A DNA stretch of 18,060 bases from a candidate division WOR-3 bacterium (GTDB taxonomy: Bacteria > Hydrothermota > Hydrothermia > LBFQ01 > DSFT01): NCBI GenBank assembly GCA_965649115.1, contig CBFGJN010000041.1, positions 1-18,060 on the forward strand. Reading direction: 5' to 3'. A model generated the notes under the pieces. It was not told the origin of the DNA, did no database searches, and saw nothing but the letters and a program-made list of their open reading frames with translations. A program made the translations under genes and the position numbers. Positions within the stretch are counted from its first letter, which is position 1. Every line of letters begins with the position of its first letter. Of the stretch, positions 1-8,790 are shown piece by piece.

Positions 1-2
1 TT

Positions 3-1718
3 CCATCAATTGGCGGAGAGCATCTAAATTATGATGGAAACTTTTCTTTTGAAAATTTAAGGTATATTCCAGAAAGTTTTTATGAGCAAAGCAACAAAGG
101 TAAAATAAAAAAGTTTGATATTTTAACTGTTAAAGATGGTGCTACCACTGGAAAAACTGCTTTCGTAGGTGATGATTTTCCTTTCGAAAAGGCTATGGTT
201 AATGAGCACGTATTTTTATGTAGAATTATAGATGGTAGAATATACCCAAAATTTGTTTTCAGATTTCTAATGAGTAAAGAGGGGCAAAATAGGATATTAA
301 AAACAAAAGGGGGGACTGCACAAGGAGGAATTAATAAACGATTTTCTAAGTTAGTAAAAATCCCCCTCCCTTTTCGCAATGGCAAGCCCGATTTAGAAAC
401 TCAAAAGAAAATCGTTGAATACATTGAGGCAAACTTTTCAATAATTGATAAAATTTTGGAGAAGAAAAAGAGGGAACTTCAAAAACTTGATGAACTCTGG
501 GAAAGCGTTTTGGAGAAAGCGTTTAAGCCAAAAGAGGGTGAGGAGTGGAGGGAGGTGAGGTTGGGGGAAGTAATTGTAGAGAAGCCAAAATATGGGCTTA
601 CTGCAAAAGCAAATGATAAAGGGAAATTTGTTTTTTTTAGGATAAGTGATATTGATGATAGAGGAGAGATTAAAAGTGATAATTTTAAATTTGTGGATTT
701 AGACATTTCGGAAAAGGCGAAATATGAGATTAGAAAAGGGGATTTGTTATTAGCCCGTAGTGGTTCTGTTGGTAATTTTTTTATAGCATTTAAAGACTAT
801 CCGAATTGGGTTTATGCTTCGTATTTAATACGATTTAGATTAGATTTAAACAAAGTTGATTTGATGTTTGTTAAGCATTTCTTATCTTCACAAAGTTTTA
901 AAAAGTGGGTTTCGTATCAAAAAAGACCCGGAGCGCAGCCAAACATTAACGCAAAAGAATATTCATCTCTCAAAATCCCCCTCCCTTTTCGCAATGGCAA
1001 GCCCGATTTAGAAACTCAAAAGAAAATCGTTGAATGCATTGAGGCAAACTTTTCAATAATTGATAAAATTTTGGAGAAGAAAAAGAGGGAACTTCAAAAA
1101 CTTGATGAACTCTGGGAAAGCGTTTTGGAGAAAGCGTTTAAGCCAAAAGAGGGTGAGGAGTGGAGGGAGGTGAGGTTGGGGGAGATTGTTAAAATTGAAC
1201 AAGGCAAAGCAATTGCTTTGAATAAATTAAAAGGAGATGGATATCCTGTGTATGGGGCAAATGGGATTATCGGTTATTGGAATGATTACATGTATAAAGA
1301 TCCTCAAGTTTTAATTGCATGTAGAGGGTCTACTTGTGGAATTCCTAATTTTTCAAACCCTTATTCTTGGATAAACAATAATGCTATGGCTTTAATCCCG
1401 ATGAATAGTCATTCTTTTAACAAAAAATTCTTGTTTTATTTTTTAGAACTTTTATGGATAAGTCAACGTATATCAAGGGTTATTACTGGGACAGGACAAC
1501 CTCAAATAACTAAAACGAACCTCAAAAACCTCAAAATCCCCCTCCCCTTCCGCAATGGCAAGCCTGACATTGAAAAGCAAAAAGAAATAGCGCAATATCT
1601 TGACGGCATTTATGAGAAGATCAAAACCTTAAAGGAGAAAATCCAAAACCAGATAAACCAACTTGAAGAGTTAAAAGAGAGCATTTTAAATGAAGTATTT
1701 AATCAAAAATTTCAATGA
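3..1718 (+). CDS. hsdS: Type I restriction-modification specificity subunit with at least 3 TRDs (5' end outside the window)
   Basis: The frame of ORF 195..1718 is open back to the window edge (PSIGGEHLNYDG...DILTVKDGATTGK). TRD-type ends (GGTAQGGIN, PGAQPNIN, GTGQPQIT) are each followed by KIPLP and a coiled-coil conserved region, the first two ending in EWREVRLGE. Confidence 0.93.
   Translation, partial: PSIGGEHLNYDGNFSFENLRYIPESFYEQSNKGKIKKFDILTVKDGATTGKTAFVGDDFPFEKAMVNEHVFLCRIIDGRIYPKFVFRFLMSKEGQNRILKTKGGTAQGGINKRFSKLVKIPLPFRNGKPDLETQKKIVEYIEANFSIIDKILEKKKRELQKLDELWESVLEKAFKPKEGEEWREVRLGEVIVEKPKYGLTAKANDKGKFVFFRISDIDDRGEIKSDNFKFVDLDISEKAKYEIRKGDLLLARSGSVGNFFIAFKDYPNWVYASYLIRFRLDLNKVDLMFVKHFLSSQSFKKWVSYQKRPGAQPNINAKEYSSLKIPLPFRNGKPDLETQKKIVECIEANFSIIDKILEKKKRELQKLDELWESVLEKAFKPKEGEEWREVRLGEIVKIEQGKAIALNKLKGDGYPVYGANGIIGYWNDYMYKDPQVLIACRGSTCGIPNFSNPYSWINNNAMALIPMNSHSFNKKFLFYFLELLWISQRISRVITGTGQPQITKTNLKNLKIPLPFRNGKPDIEKQKEIAQYLDGIYEKIKTLKEKIQNQINQLEELKESILNEVFNQKFQ
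357..568 (+). repeat. 212-bp direct repeat, copy 1 (HsdS conserved region)
   Basis: Matches 972..1183 at offset 615; the only difference I found is A421 vs G1036 (Tyr/Cys). Confidence 0.95.
972..1183 (+). repeat. 212-bp direct repeat, copy 2 (HsdS conserved region)
   Basis: Near-identical to 357..568. A third partial copy (ctcaaaatccccctccccttccgcaatggcaagcc) lies at 1530..1564. Confidence 0.95.
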
Positions 1719-1745
1719 GATTTCTATAAGTTTTTGATAATCAAT

Positions 1746-1820
1746 TGCCTTGCCCAATAATTCTGAAAATATGATTATTTCTTATTTTTATCTTATTTCT
1801 CCATTAAAACCCCCTTCAAA
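1746..1820 (-). mobile_element. Degenerate fragment of the MITE family (one TIR plus internal remnant)
   Basis: tgccttgcccaataattctg matches the element end at 12931 (tgccttgtccaataattctg); ccattaaaacccc matches the interior of that copy. Confidence 0.7.
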
Positions 1821-1839
1821 TAAAAGGCTTGATTTTAAG

Positions 1840-3849
1840 TTAATTTTTTGAAACTAATCTCTTGATAGTATCTCTATAAACTAATGCTCTTTCAAAATCC
1901 CACTCTTCGGCACATTTCTTCATTCTATATTCAAGTTCAGCAATAACTTCAATTTTATTTTTATTTTTTAATAATTCTTCAACTTCTCTTTTAACTTCAT
2001 CTTCAATTGTTTCAATTGTCTTTTTTGTGAAAATTCTTTCATCTGCTACTGATGTAATTTTTAAAATTTGATCAATGGATTTTTTAATTGTTTTTGGAAC
2101 AATTCCATGTTTTTGATTATATTCAATTTGAATTTTTCTTCTTCTTTCAGTTTCTTCAATTGCTTGTTTCATTGCTTCTGTTATTTCATCTGCATATAGG
2201 ATAACTTTTCCTGCTGAATTTCTTGCTGCCCTTCCAATTGTTTGAATTAGAGCAGTATAACTTCTTAAAAATCCCTTTTTATCAGCATCTGTTATAATTA
2301 CAAGAGAAACTTCTGGTAAGTCTAAACCTTCTCTTAATAAATTAACTCCTACAATTACATCTATATTTCCAAGCCTTAAATCTCTTAAAACTTCAACTCT
2401 TTCAATTGCATCAAGTTCGGAATGTAAGTACTTTGCTTTTATCCCTACATTTATTAAAAAATCTGATATTTCTTCACTTGTTCTTTTAGTTGTTGTTGTA
2501 ATTAAAACTCTCTCATTCTTTTCAATTCTTTTTCTAATTTCATTTATAATATCATCAATTTGATTTATCGTTGGTCTTACTTCAACTTCTGGATCAACAA
2601 TTCCCGTTGGTCTTACTATTTGTTCTACAACATCATTATTTACTAAATTCAATTCGTATGGTCCAGGTGTAGCACTCATAAAAATTACTTGATTCCATAA
2701 ACTTTCAAGTTCTTCAAATTTTAATGGTCTATTATCTAGGGCAGAAGGTAATCTAAATCCAAATTCAACAAGTTTTTCTTTTCTTGTTCTGTCTCCATTG
2801 TACATAGCTCTTAATTGTGGAATTGTTACATGACTTTCATCTATTACTAATAGAAAATCTTTTGGAAAGTAATCAATAAGTGTCCATGGTCTTGAACCAG
2901 GAGGTCTTAATGTTAAGTGTCTTGAATAATTTTCAACACCTGGACATGTTCCTGTTTCTCTTAATAATTCCAAATCAAATTTTACTCTTTGTTTTAATCT
3001 TTGAGCTTCTAAATATCTTCCTTGACTTTCAAAGTACTTCAATCTTTCATTTAGTTCTTCTTCTATATTTTTTAAAGCAATTTTTAATTTTTCTTCTGGT
3101 GTTATAAATGGACTTGCAGGGTATAAAGCATAAGAACTAACACTTTGAATAATTTTTCTTGTTAATTTATCTCTAATTGTTATTCTTTCTAAGTAATTGT
3201 CAAAGAATTCAAGTCTAACAAAAATTGCTTCTTCATAAGCAGGTTGAATATCAATTATTTCACCACGAACAGAAAAACAACCTCTTTGTAATTCAATATC
3301 ATTCCTTTTATATTGCATGGAAAGTAGCGTTTCAATTATTTGTTTTCTTTTATATTCTTTACCTGTTTCAAATAATATGAAAAATTCTCTAACATCATTT
3401 GGATCTCCAAGAGCATAAATACATGAAACACTTGCAACGACAATAACATCTCTTCTACTAAATAAACTTGCAATTGTTCTAAGTCTCAATCTTTCAATAT
3501 CATCATTTATATCTGCTTGCTTTTCAATATATGTATCTGTTTCGGGAATATAAGCTTCTGGAATGTAATAATCATAATATGAAATAAAGTATTCAACAGC
3601 ATTTTCAGGAAATAATTGTTTTAATTCACCATATAATTGTGCTGCTAAGGTTTTATTGTGAGAAATAATTAATGTTGGTCTATTTAGTTCTTTTATAACA
3701 TTAGCAATTGTGAATGTTTTTCCTGTTCCCGTTGCCCCAAGTAAAACAACATATTTTTCCCCTTCTCTAATTCTTTTAACAATTTCTCTTATTGCTTTTG
3801 GTTGGTCTCCCGCAGGCTCATAGGGAGATTTTAGTTTAAAAAGGTTCAT
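1840..3849 (-). CDS. uvrB: Excinuclease ABC subunit B
   Basis: PAGDQP, Walker A GATGTGKT, HNKTLAAQLY, YYDYYxPEAY, DESH, GFRLPSALDNRPL, NLLREGLDLPEV, QTIGRAARN and a C-terminal UVR-like segment; 669 aa. Confidence 0.99.
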   Translation of the reverse strand: MNLFKLKSPYEPAGDQPKAIREIVKRIREGEKYVVLLGATGTGKTFTIANVIKELNRPTLIISHNKTLAAQLYGELKQLFPENAVEYFISYYDYYIPEAYIPETDTYIEKQADINDDIERLRLRTIASLFSRRDVIVVASVSCIYALGDPNDVREFFILFETGKEYKRKQIIETLLSMQYKRNDIELQRGCFSVRGEIIDIQPAYEEAIFVRLEFFDNYLERITIRDKLTRKIIQSVSSYALYPASPFITPEEKLKIALKNIEEELNERLKYFESQGRYLEAQRLKQRVKFDLELLRETGTCPGVENYSRHLTLRPPGSRPWTLIDYFPKDFLLVIDESHVTIPQLRAMYNGDRTRKEKLVEFGFRLPSALDNRPLKFEELESLWNQVIFMSATPGPYELNLVNNDVVEQIVRPTGIVDPEVEVRPTINQIDDIINEIRKRIEKNERVLITTTTKRTSEEISDFLINVGIKAKYLHSELDAIERVEVLRDLRLGNIDVIVGVNLLREGLDLPEVSLVIITDADKKGFLRSYTALIQTIGRAARNSAGKVILYADEITEAMKQAIEETERRRKIQIEYNQKHGIVPKTIKKSIDQILKITSVADERIFTKKTIETIEDEVKREVEELLKNKNKIEVIAELEYRMKKCAEEWDFERALVYRDTIKRLVSKN

Positions 3850-4414
3850 TATCCTCTTCAGGAATAGTAAAATGAATAGGAATATCTATAAATTTTTTTA
3901 AAAATTCTCTCATTTCCTCAATTTCTCTTTTTTCCTCTTCGCTAAGCTCATCTTCATTATTTATAATTTTTACATTTTTAAGACGAATAACAGGAATATT
4001 TTCGTTTTTATGCTTTGTTCCATTCACTCGTTTCTTTAAATCTTTCCTTGTTTTCATATCTTTTTTGAATCGCTTATAGTGATTTAATAAAGCTTTTACA
4101 TTATAAAAATAAAAATTAACTATTTCCAAGAATTTTTCTTTTTTATCTTCATTATAGTCCTTATCACTAATTAAAAATTCAACCTTACCATAAAAAAAAT
4201 TAGAAAATGGATTTTGGAATTGATGAGTAGTTTCAACATTCAAATGTTTTTTTAGTTCTTCTTCAAATTTTTTTAATAGATCTTCAAAAAAAGAAAACAA
4301 AAATTTATTTTTTTTATTTGAGCGTACCCATACTTCAACTTGGAAAATCCAAAATTCAGACTTTAAATGAAATTGTTCTGCTTTTATATTTAATTTAACT
4401 TCACTATTTGTCAT
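3836..4414 (-). CDS. Hypothetical protein (192 aa), overlaps the uvrB start by 14 bp
   Basis: Fills the tkt-uvrB gap on the same strand; a -10-like TAAAAT lies 7 nt before the ATG; no family recognised. Confidence 0.75.
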   Translation of the reverse strand: MTNSEVKLNIKAEQFHLKSEFWIFQVEVWVRSNKKNKFLFSFFEDLLKKFEEELKKHLNVETTHQFQNPFSNFFYGKVEFLISDKDYNEDKKEKFLEIVNFYFYNVKALLNHYKRFKKDMKTRKDLKKRVNGTKHKNENIPVIRLKNVKIINNEDELSEEEKREIEEMREFLKKFIDIPIHFTIPEEDNEPF

Positions 4415-4421
4415 TCTTAAA

Positions 4422-4427
4422 ATTTTA
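4422..4427 (-). promoter_or_regulatory. Putative -10 box of a leaderless promoter
   Basis: Minus strand reads cttTAAAATtttaagaATG (7-nt spacer); no Shine-Dalgarno. Confidence 0.6.
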
Positions 4428-4445
4428 AAGCAAAGGACGAAAGTA

Positions 4446-6443
4446 TTATTTTATTTTATCTCTAATTGCTTGAAGTATTTTATTAGCAATTTTTTCGGGT
4501 GTGAAACCAAAATAATCAAAAAGAACTTTATATGGTGCTGATTTTCCAAAAGTTTCCATACAAATTTTTAATCCATCCAAACCTACAAATTCCTCCCAAC
4601 CAAAACCACTTAGTGCTTCAACAGAAACTCTAAGGACATTTTTTAAATCTTTTCTTAAAATATAATTTTTATATTCTTCACTTTGCTTTCTAAATAATTC
4701 AAATGAAACCACATTAACTAATTTCACCTTTATATTATTTTGCTTTAAAATTTCTGCTGCTTTTAAACTTGGATAAACTTCTGAACCACTAGCAAAGATA
4801 ATAACATCTGGATTTTCTTCTTCAATAACAACATAAGCACCATAAATTAAATTGTCAACATTTAAATTTTCAATAACAGGAACATTTTGTCTTGTTAAAA
4901 TTAATGCTATTGGTCCTTCTTTGTAATTTATAGCAAATTCAAATGCCTTAATTGTTTCATTTGCATCAGCAGGTCTTAAAATTATTAAATTTGGTATTGC
5001 TCTTAATCCTGCAAGTTGCTCAATTGGTTGATGTGTAGGTCCATCTTCTCCAAGACCTATTGAATCATGAGTAAAGATATAAATTACTGGAAGTTTCATA
5101 AAAGCAGAAAGTCTAATTGATGGTTTCATATAATCCGAAAAAATAAGAAATGTTCCACAAAAAGCCCTTAAATTATATAAACTAATTCCATTCACAATTG
5201 CTCCCATTCCATGTTCCCTAACACCAAAATGGATGTTTCTTCCAAGTGGATTCTCTGCTAAAAAATCTCCAAGTTTTGGAACATATGTTTTATTTGATGT
5301 GCTTAAATCAGCAGAACCCCCAATCAAGAAATCTAAATCTTCCCATATTGTTTCAAGTGCTTTCCCAAGTGCATTCCTTGTAGCAACTTCGCCCTTAAAT
5401 TTTCCAATGTTTTTTAATTTTTCCGTTATATACTCTGGAATTCTTTTGTTTATAAAAATTTCAAATTTTTCTTTCATTTCTGGAAAATTTTTGAAATACT
5501 CATCTAATGATTTGTTCCAATTTAATTCTAATTCTTCACCTTCTCTAACTTTTCTTCTCGTCCAATTGAGAACTTCTTTTGGAACTTCAAATGGCTCATA
5601 ATTCCAATTGAAAAATTTTCTTGCATATTCAATCTCTTCAATTCCAAGAGGTTCTCCATGTGCTTTTTCACTACCCATTTTATTTTTAGTTCCATATCCT
5701 ATTATGCTTCTTACTTCAATAAATTTTGGTTTTTCAGTAATACTTAATGCTAATTTTATTGTTCTTTCCAATTCATCTAAATTATTTACATCATTAACTG
5801 AAAAGACCTCAAAATTAAATGCTTTAAATCTCATTTTTACATCTTCACTCCAAGTTAAACTTGTTTTTCCATCAATTGTAATTCCATTATTATCCCAAAA
5901 TATTATTAAATTATTTAGTTTAAAGTGTCCTGCCAATGAACAAACTTCATAGCTGATGCCTTCCATTAAATCCCCATCACTAACAATTACATATATATTG
6001 TGGTTAAAAATTTTAAAATTTTCTCTATTAAAATAATTGCTTAAATACTTGTAAGCAATAGCCATACCAACAGCATTTCCTATTCCTTGCCCAAGAGGTC
6101 CTGTTGTTGTTTCAATACCTATGTTTAAATCATATTCGGGATGTCCTGGTGTTTTACTATTTAATTGCCTGAAATTTTTTATATCCTCAATATCTAATTC
6201 ATAACCATAGAGATAAAGTAATGAATAAAGTAATGCACTTGCATGACCACAAGATAAAATGAATCTGTCTCTATTTAACCATTTTGGATTTTTCGGGTTA
6301 AATTTTAAAAATCTATCAAAAATTATATATCCAAGTGGGGCAAGTGCAAGAGGTGTTCCTGGATGGCCACTTTGCGCTTTTTCAACGGCATAAATAGATA
6401 AAAATCTAATTGTGTTTATTGTTAATTCATCTATGTTTTTCAT
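4446..6443 (-). CDS. tkt: Transketolase
   Basis: SGHPG, NRDRFILSCGHAS, TPGHPE, TTGPLGQG, DGDLMEG, GGSADL, FGVREHGM, THDSIGLGEDGPTHQP; 665 aa. Confidence 0.99.
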   Translation of the reverse strand: MKNIDELTINTIRFLSIYAVEKAQSGHPGTPLALAPLGYIIFDRFLKFNPKNPKWLNRDRFILSCGHASALLYSLLYLYGYELDIEDIKNFRQLNSKTPGHPEYDLNIGIETTTGPLGQGIGNAVGMAIAYKYLSNYFNRENFKIFNHNIYVIVSDGDLMEGISYEVCSLAGHFKLNNLIIFWDNNGITIDGKTSLTWSEDVKMRFKAFNFEVFSVNDVNNLDELERTIKLALSITEKPKFIEVRSIIGYGTKNKMGSEKAHGEPLGIEEIEYARKFFNWNYEPFEVPKEVLNWTRRKVREGEELELNWNKSLDEYFKNFPEMKEKFEIFINKRIPEYITEKLKNIGKFKGEVATRNALGKALETIWEDLDFLIGGSADLSTSNKTYVPKLGDFLAENPLGRNIHFGVREHGMGAIVNGISLYNLRAFCGTFLIFSDYMKPSIRLSAFMKLPVIYIFTHDSIGLGEDGPTHQPIEQLAGLRAIPNLIILRPADANETIKAFEFAINYKEGPIALILTRQNVPVIENLNVDNLIYGAYVVIEEENPDVIIFASGSEVYPSLKAAEILKQNNIKVKLVNVVSFELFRKQSEEYKNYILRKDLKNVLRVSVEALSGFGWEEFVGLDGLKICMETFGKSAPYKVLFDYFGFTPEKIANKILQAIRDKIK

Positions 6444-6454
6444 AAAGTTCTAAA

Positions 6455-6460
6455 ATTTTA
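6455..6460 (-). promoter_or_regulatory. Putative -10 box for tkt (very short leader)
   Basis: Minus strand reads attTAAAATtttagaactttATG (11-nt spacer); no Shine-Dalgarno. Confidence 0.5.
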
Positions 6461-6570
6461 AATGTTATGAAAACTTTTTTTAAATTATAGAGAATAGGGT
6501 GTGCGGGAAAAAAAGAGAAGAATTTTTAGAATTTAAAAAATATGTTGAAGTTCAATAATTCAAACCAAAA

Positions 6571-6738
6571 ATGGAAGATGTAGATAAGAAGTTAAACAAA
6601 AGAATAGATGACTTAACAACATATCTTTGGATATTTATGGGGTTTATTACGATTTTAATAGGATTTACAATTGGGTTTGGTTTAAAACCTGTTGAAGAGA
6701 AAAAAGCAGAAATTGAATTGATTAAGAAAATGTTATAA
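6571..6738 (+). CDS. Small coiled-coil plus single-TM protein (55 aa), possibly a truncated remnant
   Basis: MEDVDKKLNKRIDDLTTYLWIFMGFITILIGFTIGFGLKPVEEKKAEIELIKKML; not in the supplied ORF track. Upstream in-frame sequence looks coding (REEFLEFKKYVEVQ*FKPK) but has a stop at 6556. Confidence 0.5.
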   Translation: MEDVDKKLNKRIDDLTTYLWIFMGFITILIGFTIGFGLKPVEEKKAEIELIKKML

Positions 6739-6784
6739 TTTTGGGTCTGTAGCCCCCCGAGGCAAAAATAAGGCACCCTTTTAT

Positions 6785-6991
6785 TGCTTTGTCTAATAAT
6801 TATTGTTAAGTGATTGATAATCAATTACTTATAAAAAATTCATTGAAATACTTGAAATAATGGGGGGATTAAGGGGGGCTTTGCCCCCCCCCATAGCCTA
6901 AATATGGGAATTTGTAAGCCGAAGGCTTAATTACAGGGTGGGCGGGAAAAATAAGAAATAATCTATATTTTCAGAATTACTAGACAAAGCA
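6785..6991 (+). mobile_element. MITE-like element, full copy A (207 bp)
   Basis: TIRs tgctttgtctaataatt / aattactagacaaagca (16/17). Flanking 9-mers cccttttat (6776-6784) and tccttttat (6992-7000). No coding capacity. Confidence 0.9.
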
Positions 6992-7013
6992 TCCTTTTAT
7001 TATCTTTGAACTT

Positions 7014-7019
7014 TAAACT
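7014..7019 (+). promoter_or_regulatory. Putative -10 box of a leaderless promoter
   Basis: cttTAAACTtttaaagATG (7-nt spacer to ATG 7027). Confidence 0.55.
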
Positions 7020-7026
7020 TTTAAAG

Positions 7027-8790
7027 ATGCACAAAAGGATAATAGCTACTGATTGCGGAAGTACGACTACGAAAGCTATACTTATAGAAAAGCGAGAAGA
7101 CGGTTATAGACTTGTAGCAAGAGGTGAAGCTCCAACAACTGTTGAAAAGCCATTTGAAGATGTTACAATTGGTGTTAGAAATGCAATTAGTGAAATTGAA
7201 GAATTAACAAATAATAAATTTTTAGAAGATAGTAAAATAGTTAATGTTGATGCTTATGTTTCAACTTCTTCTGCTGGCGGTGGTCTTCAAATGTTAGTGA
7301 TGGGTGTTGTAAAAGAAATGACTGCTGAAAGTGCAGCAAGGGCTGCTCTTGGGGCTGGTGCTATTGTAATGGAAACAATTGCTATAAATGATGGTAGATT
7401 ACCTCATCAAAGAATTGAACTAATTAGAAAATTAAGACCTGATATGATTTTGTTAGCAGGTGGGACAGAAGGGGGAACAATTAAACATGTAGTAGAATTG
7501 GCACAACTTATAGTAGCTGCTGAACCTAAACCAAGATTTGGTTCATCTTACAAAATGCCTTTAATTTATGCTGGTAATAGCCAAGCTGTAAAGGAAATTG
7601 AAAAAATTTTAAAGGAAAAAACTGCTTTATATGTAGTTGAAAATATAAGACCTCAACTTGAAGTAGAAAATTTAGAACCTTCAAGAGAAAAAATTCACGA
7701 ATTATTTTTAGAACATGTTATGCAGCAAGCACCTGGTTATAATAAACTTATGGAGCTTGTAAGTGCTCCAATAATGCCAACACCTGGTGCAGTGGGTTTA
7801 TTAATTGAAAAAGTTGCAAAAGAACAAAATATAGAAGTCCTTGGAGTTGATATTGGAGGAGCAACAACTGATGTTTTTAGTGTTTTTAAAGGTAAATTTA
7901 ATAGAACTGTTTCTGCAAACCTTGGAATGAGTTATTCAATTGCAAATGTTATGGTTGAAGCTGGTATTGAAAATATAAAAAGGTGGATTCCCTTTGAAAT
8001 TGATGAATATGAACTAAGAAATAGAATAAGAAACAAAATGATAAGACCAACTACTATTCCTATGACATTAGATGACTTGATAATTGAACAAGCTATTGCA
8101 AGAGAGGCTTTAAAGCTTGCTCTTGAGCAACATAAGTTATTTGCCACTGAATTAAAAGGTATTCAAGTTAGAGGTGATATTACAAGGGCTCTACAACAAC
8201 AAATTGAAAGAACTCTTGTAAATATGATGACATTAAATTTGATAATTGGTTCTGGTGGTGTCCTATCTCATGCTCCAAGAAGAAGTCAATCATTTTTAAT
8301 GATGATAGATGCTTTTCAACCCGAAGGTATTACAAAATTAGCAGTTGATAGTATATTTATGATGCCTCATTTAGGAGTTCTATCTACAATAAATGAGAAA
8401 GCTGCATTTGAAGTGTTTGAAAGGGATTGCTTGATAAAACTTGGAACATGTATTGCTCCAAAGGGTTTAGAAAAAGATGGAAAAGTTATACTTAAAGCGG
8501 AGATTCATTATGATAATAAAACGGAAAGTTTAGAACTTAAATTTGGAGAATTGAAAGTTTTTCCATTGCCTGCTAATAAAAAAGCAAAAGTTGTTTTGTT
8601 TCCCCAAGCTGGTTTTGATGTCGGTGAGGGTCCTAATAAAAAAGTTATACAGGAGGTTGAGGGGGGTGTAGTTGGTATTGTATTTGATGGAAGAGGAAGA
8701 CCTTTGAGTATTAGCAAGGAAAAGTTAATTGATTGGTTCATTTCAATTAAAGCTTATAATGAGGAAAAATTAAAGGAAATTATAAAATGA
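7027..8790 (+). CDS. glmL: Glutamate mutase L (GlmL/MutL)-family ASKHA ATPase
   Basis: DCGSTTTK and DIGGATTDV phosphate motifs, APTTVE, SSAGGGL, AALGAGA, LAGGTEGG, RTVSANLGM, IGSGGVL. Start moved to ATG 7027 from TTG 7006. Confidence 0.8.
   Translation: MHKRIIATDCGSTTTKAILIEKREDGYRLVARGEAPTTVEKPFEDVTIGVRNAISEIEELTNNKFLEDSKIVNVDAYVSTSSAGGGLQMLVMGVVKEMTAESAARAALGAGAIVMETIAINDGRLPHQRIELIRKLRPDMILLAGGTEGGTIKHVVELAQLIVAAEPKPRFGSSYKMPLIYAGNSQAVKEIEKILKEKTALYVVENIRPQLEVENLEPSREKIHELFLEHVMQQAPGYNKLMELVSAPIMPTPGAVGLLIEKVAKEQNIEVLGVDIGGATTDVFSVFKGKFNRTVSANLGMSYSIANVMVEAGIENIKRWIPFEIDEYELRNRIRNKMIRPTTIPMTLDDLIIEQAIAREALKLALEQHKLFATELKGIQVRGDITRALQQQIERTLVNMMTLNLIIGSGGVLSHAPRRSQSFLMMIDAFQPEGITKLAVDSIFMMPHLGVLSTINEKAAFEVFERDCLIKLGTCIAPKGLEKDGKVILKAEIHYDNKTESLELKFGELKVFPLPANKKAKVVLFPQAGFDVGEGPNKKVIQEVEGGVVGIVFDGRGRPLSISKEKLIDWFISIKAYNEEKLKEIIK

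Noticed and set aside
80..706. Minus-strand ORFs 80..385 and 479..706
   Set aside because: Antisense shadows of hsdS with no recognisable motifs.
3559..3580. UvrB YYDYYIPEAY instead of the usual YYDYYQPEAY
   Set aside because: Single substitution with the tyrosines intact; significance cannot be judged without an alignment.
2880..5952. Plus-strand ORFs 2880..3107, 5233..5601 and 5608..5952
   Set aside because: Lie opposite uvrB and tkt; shadow ORFs.
6552..6824. Minus-strand 90-aa ORF
   Set aside because: Starts inside MITE copy A and is antisense to the more plausible 6571..6738 ORF.
6981..6986. TAGACA in the right TIR as an outward-facing -35 box
   Set aside because: The spacer to the -10 box is 26-27 nt at these loci, far from the ~17 nt needed.
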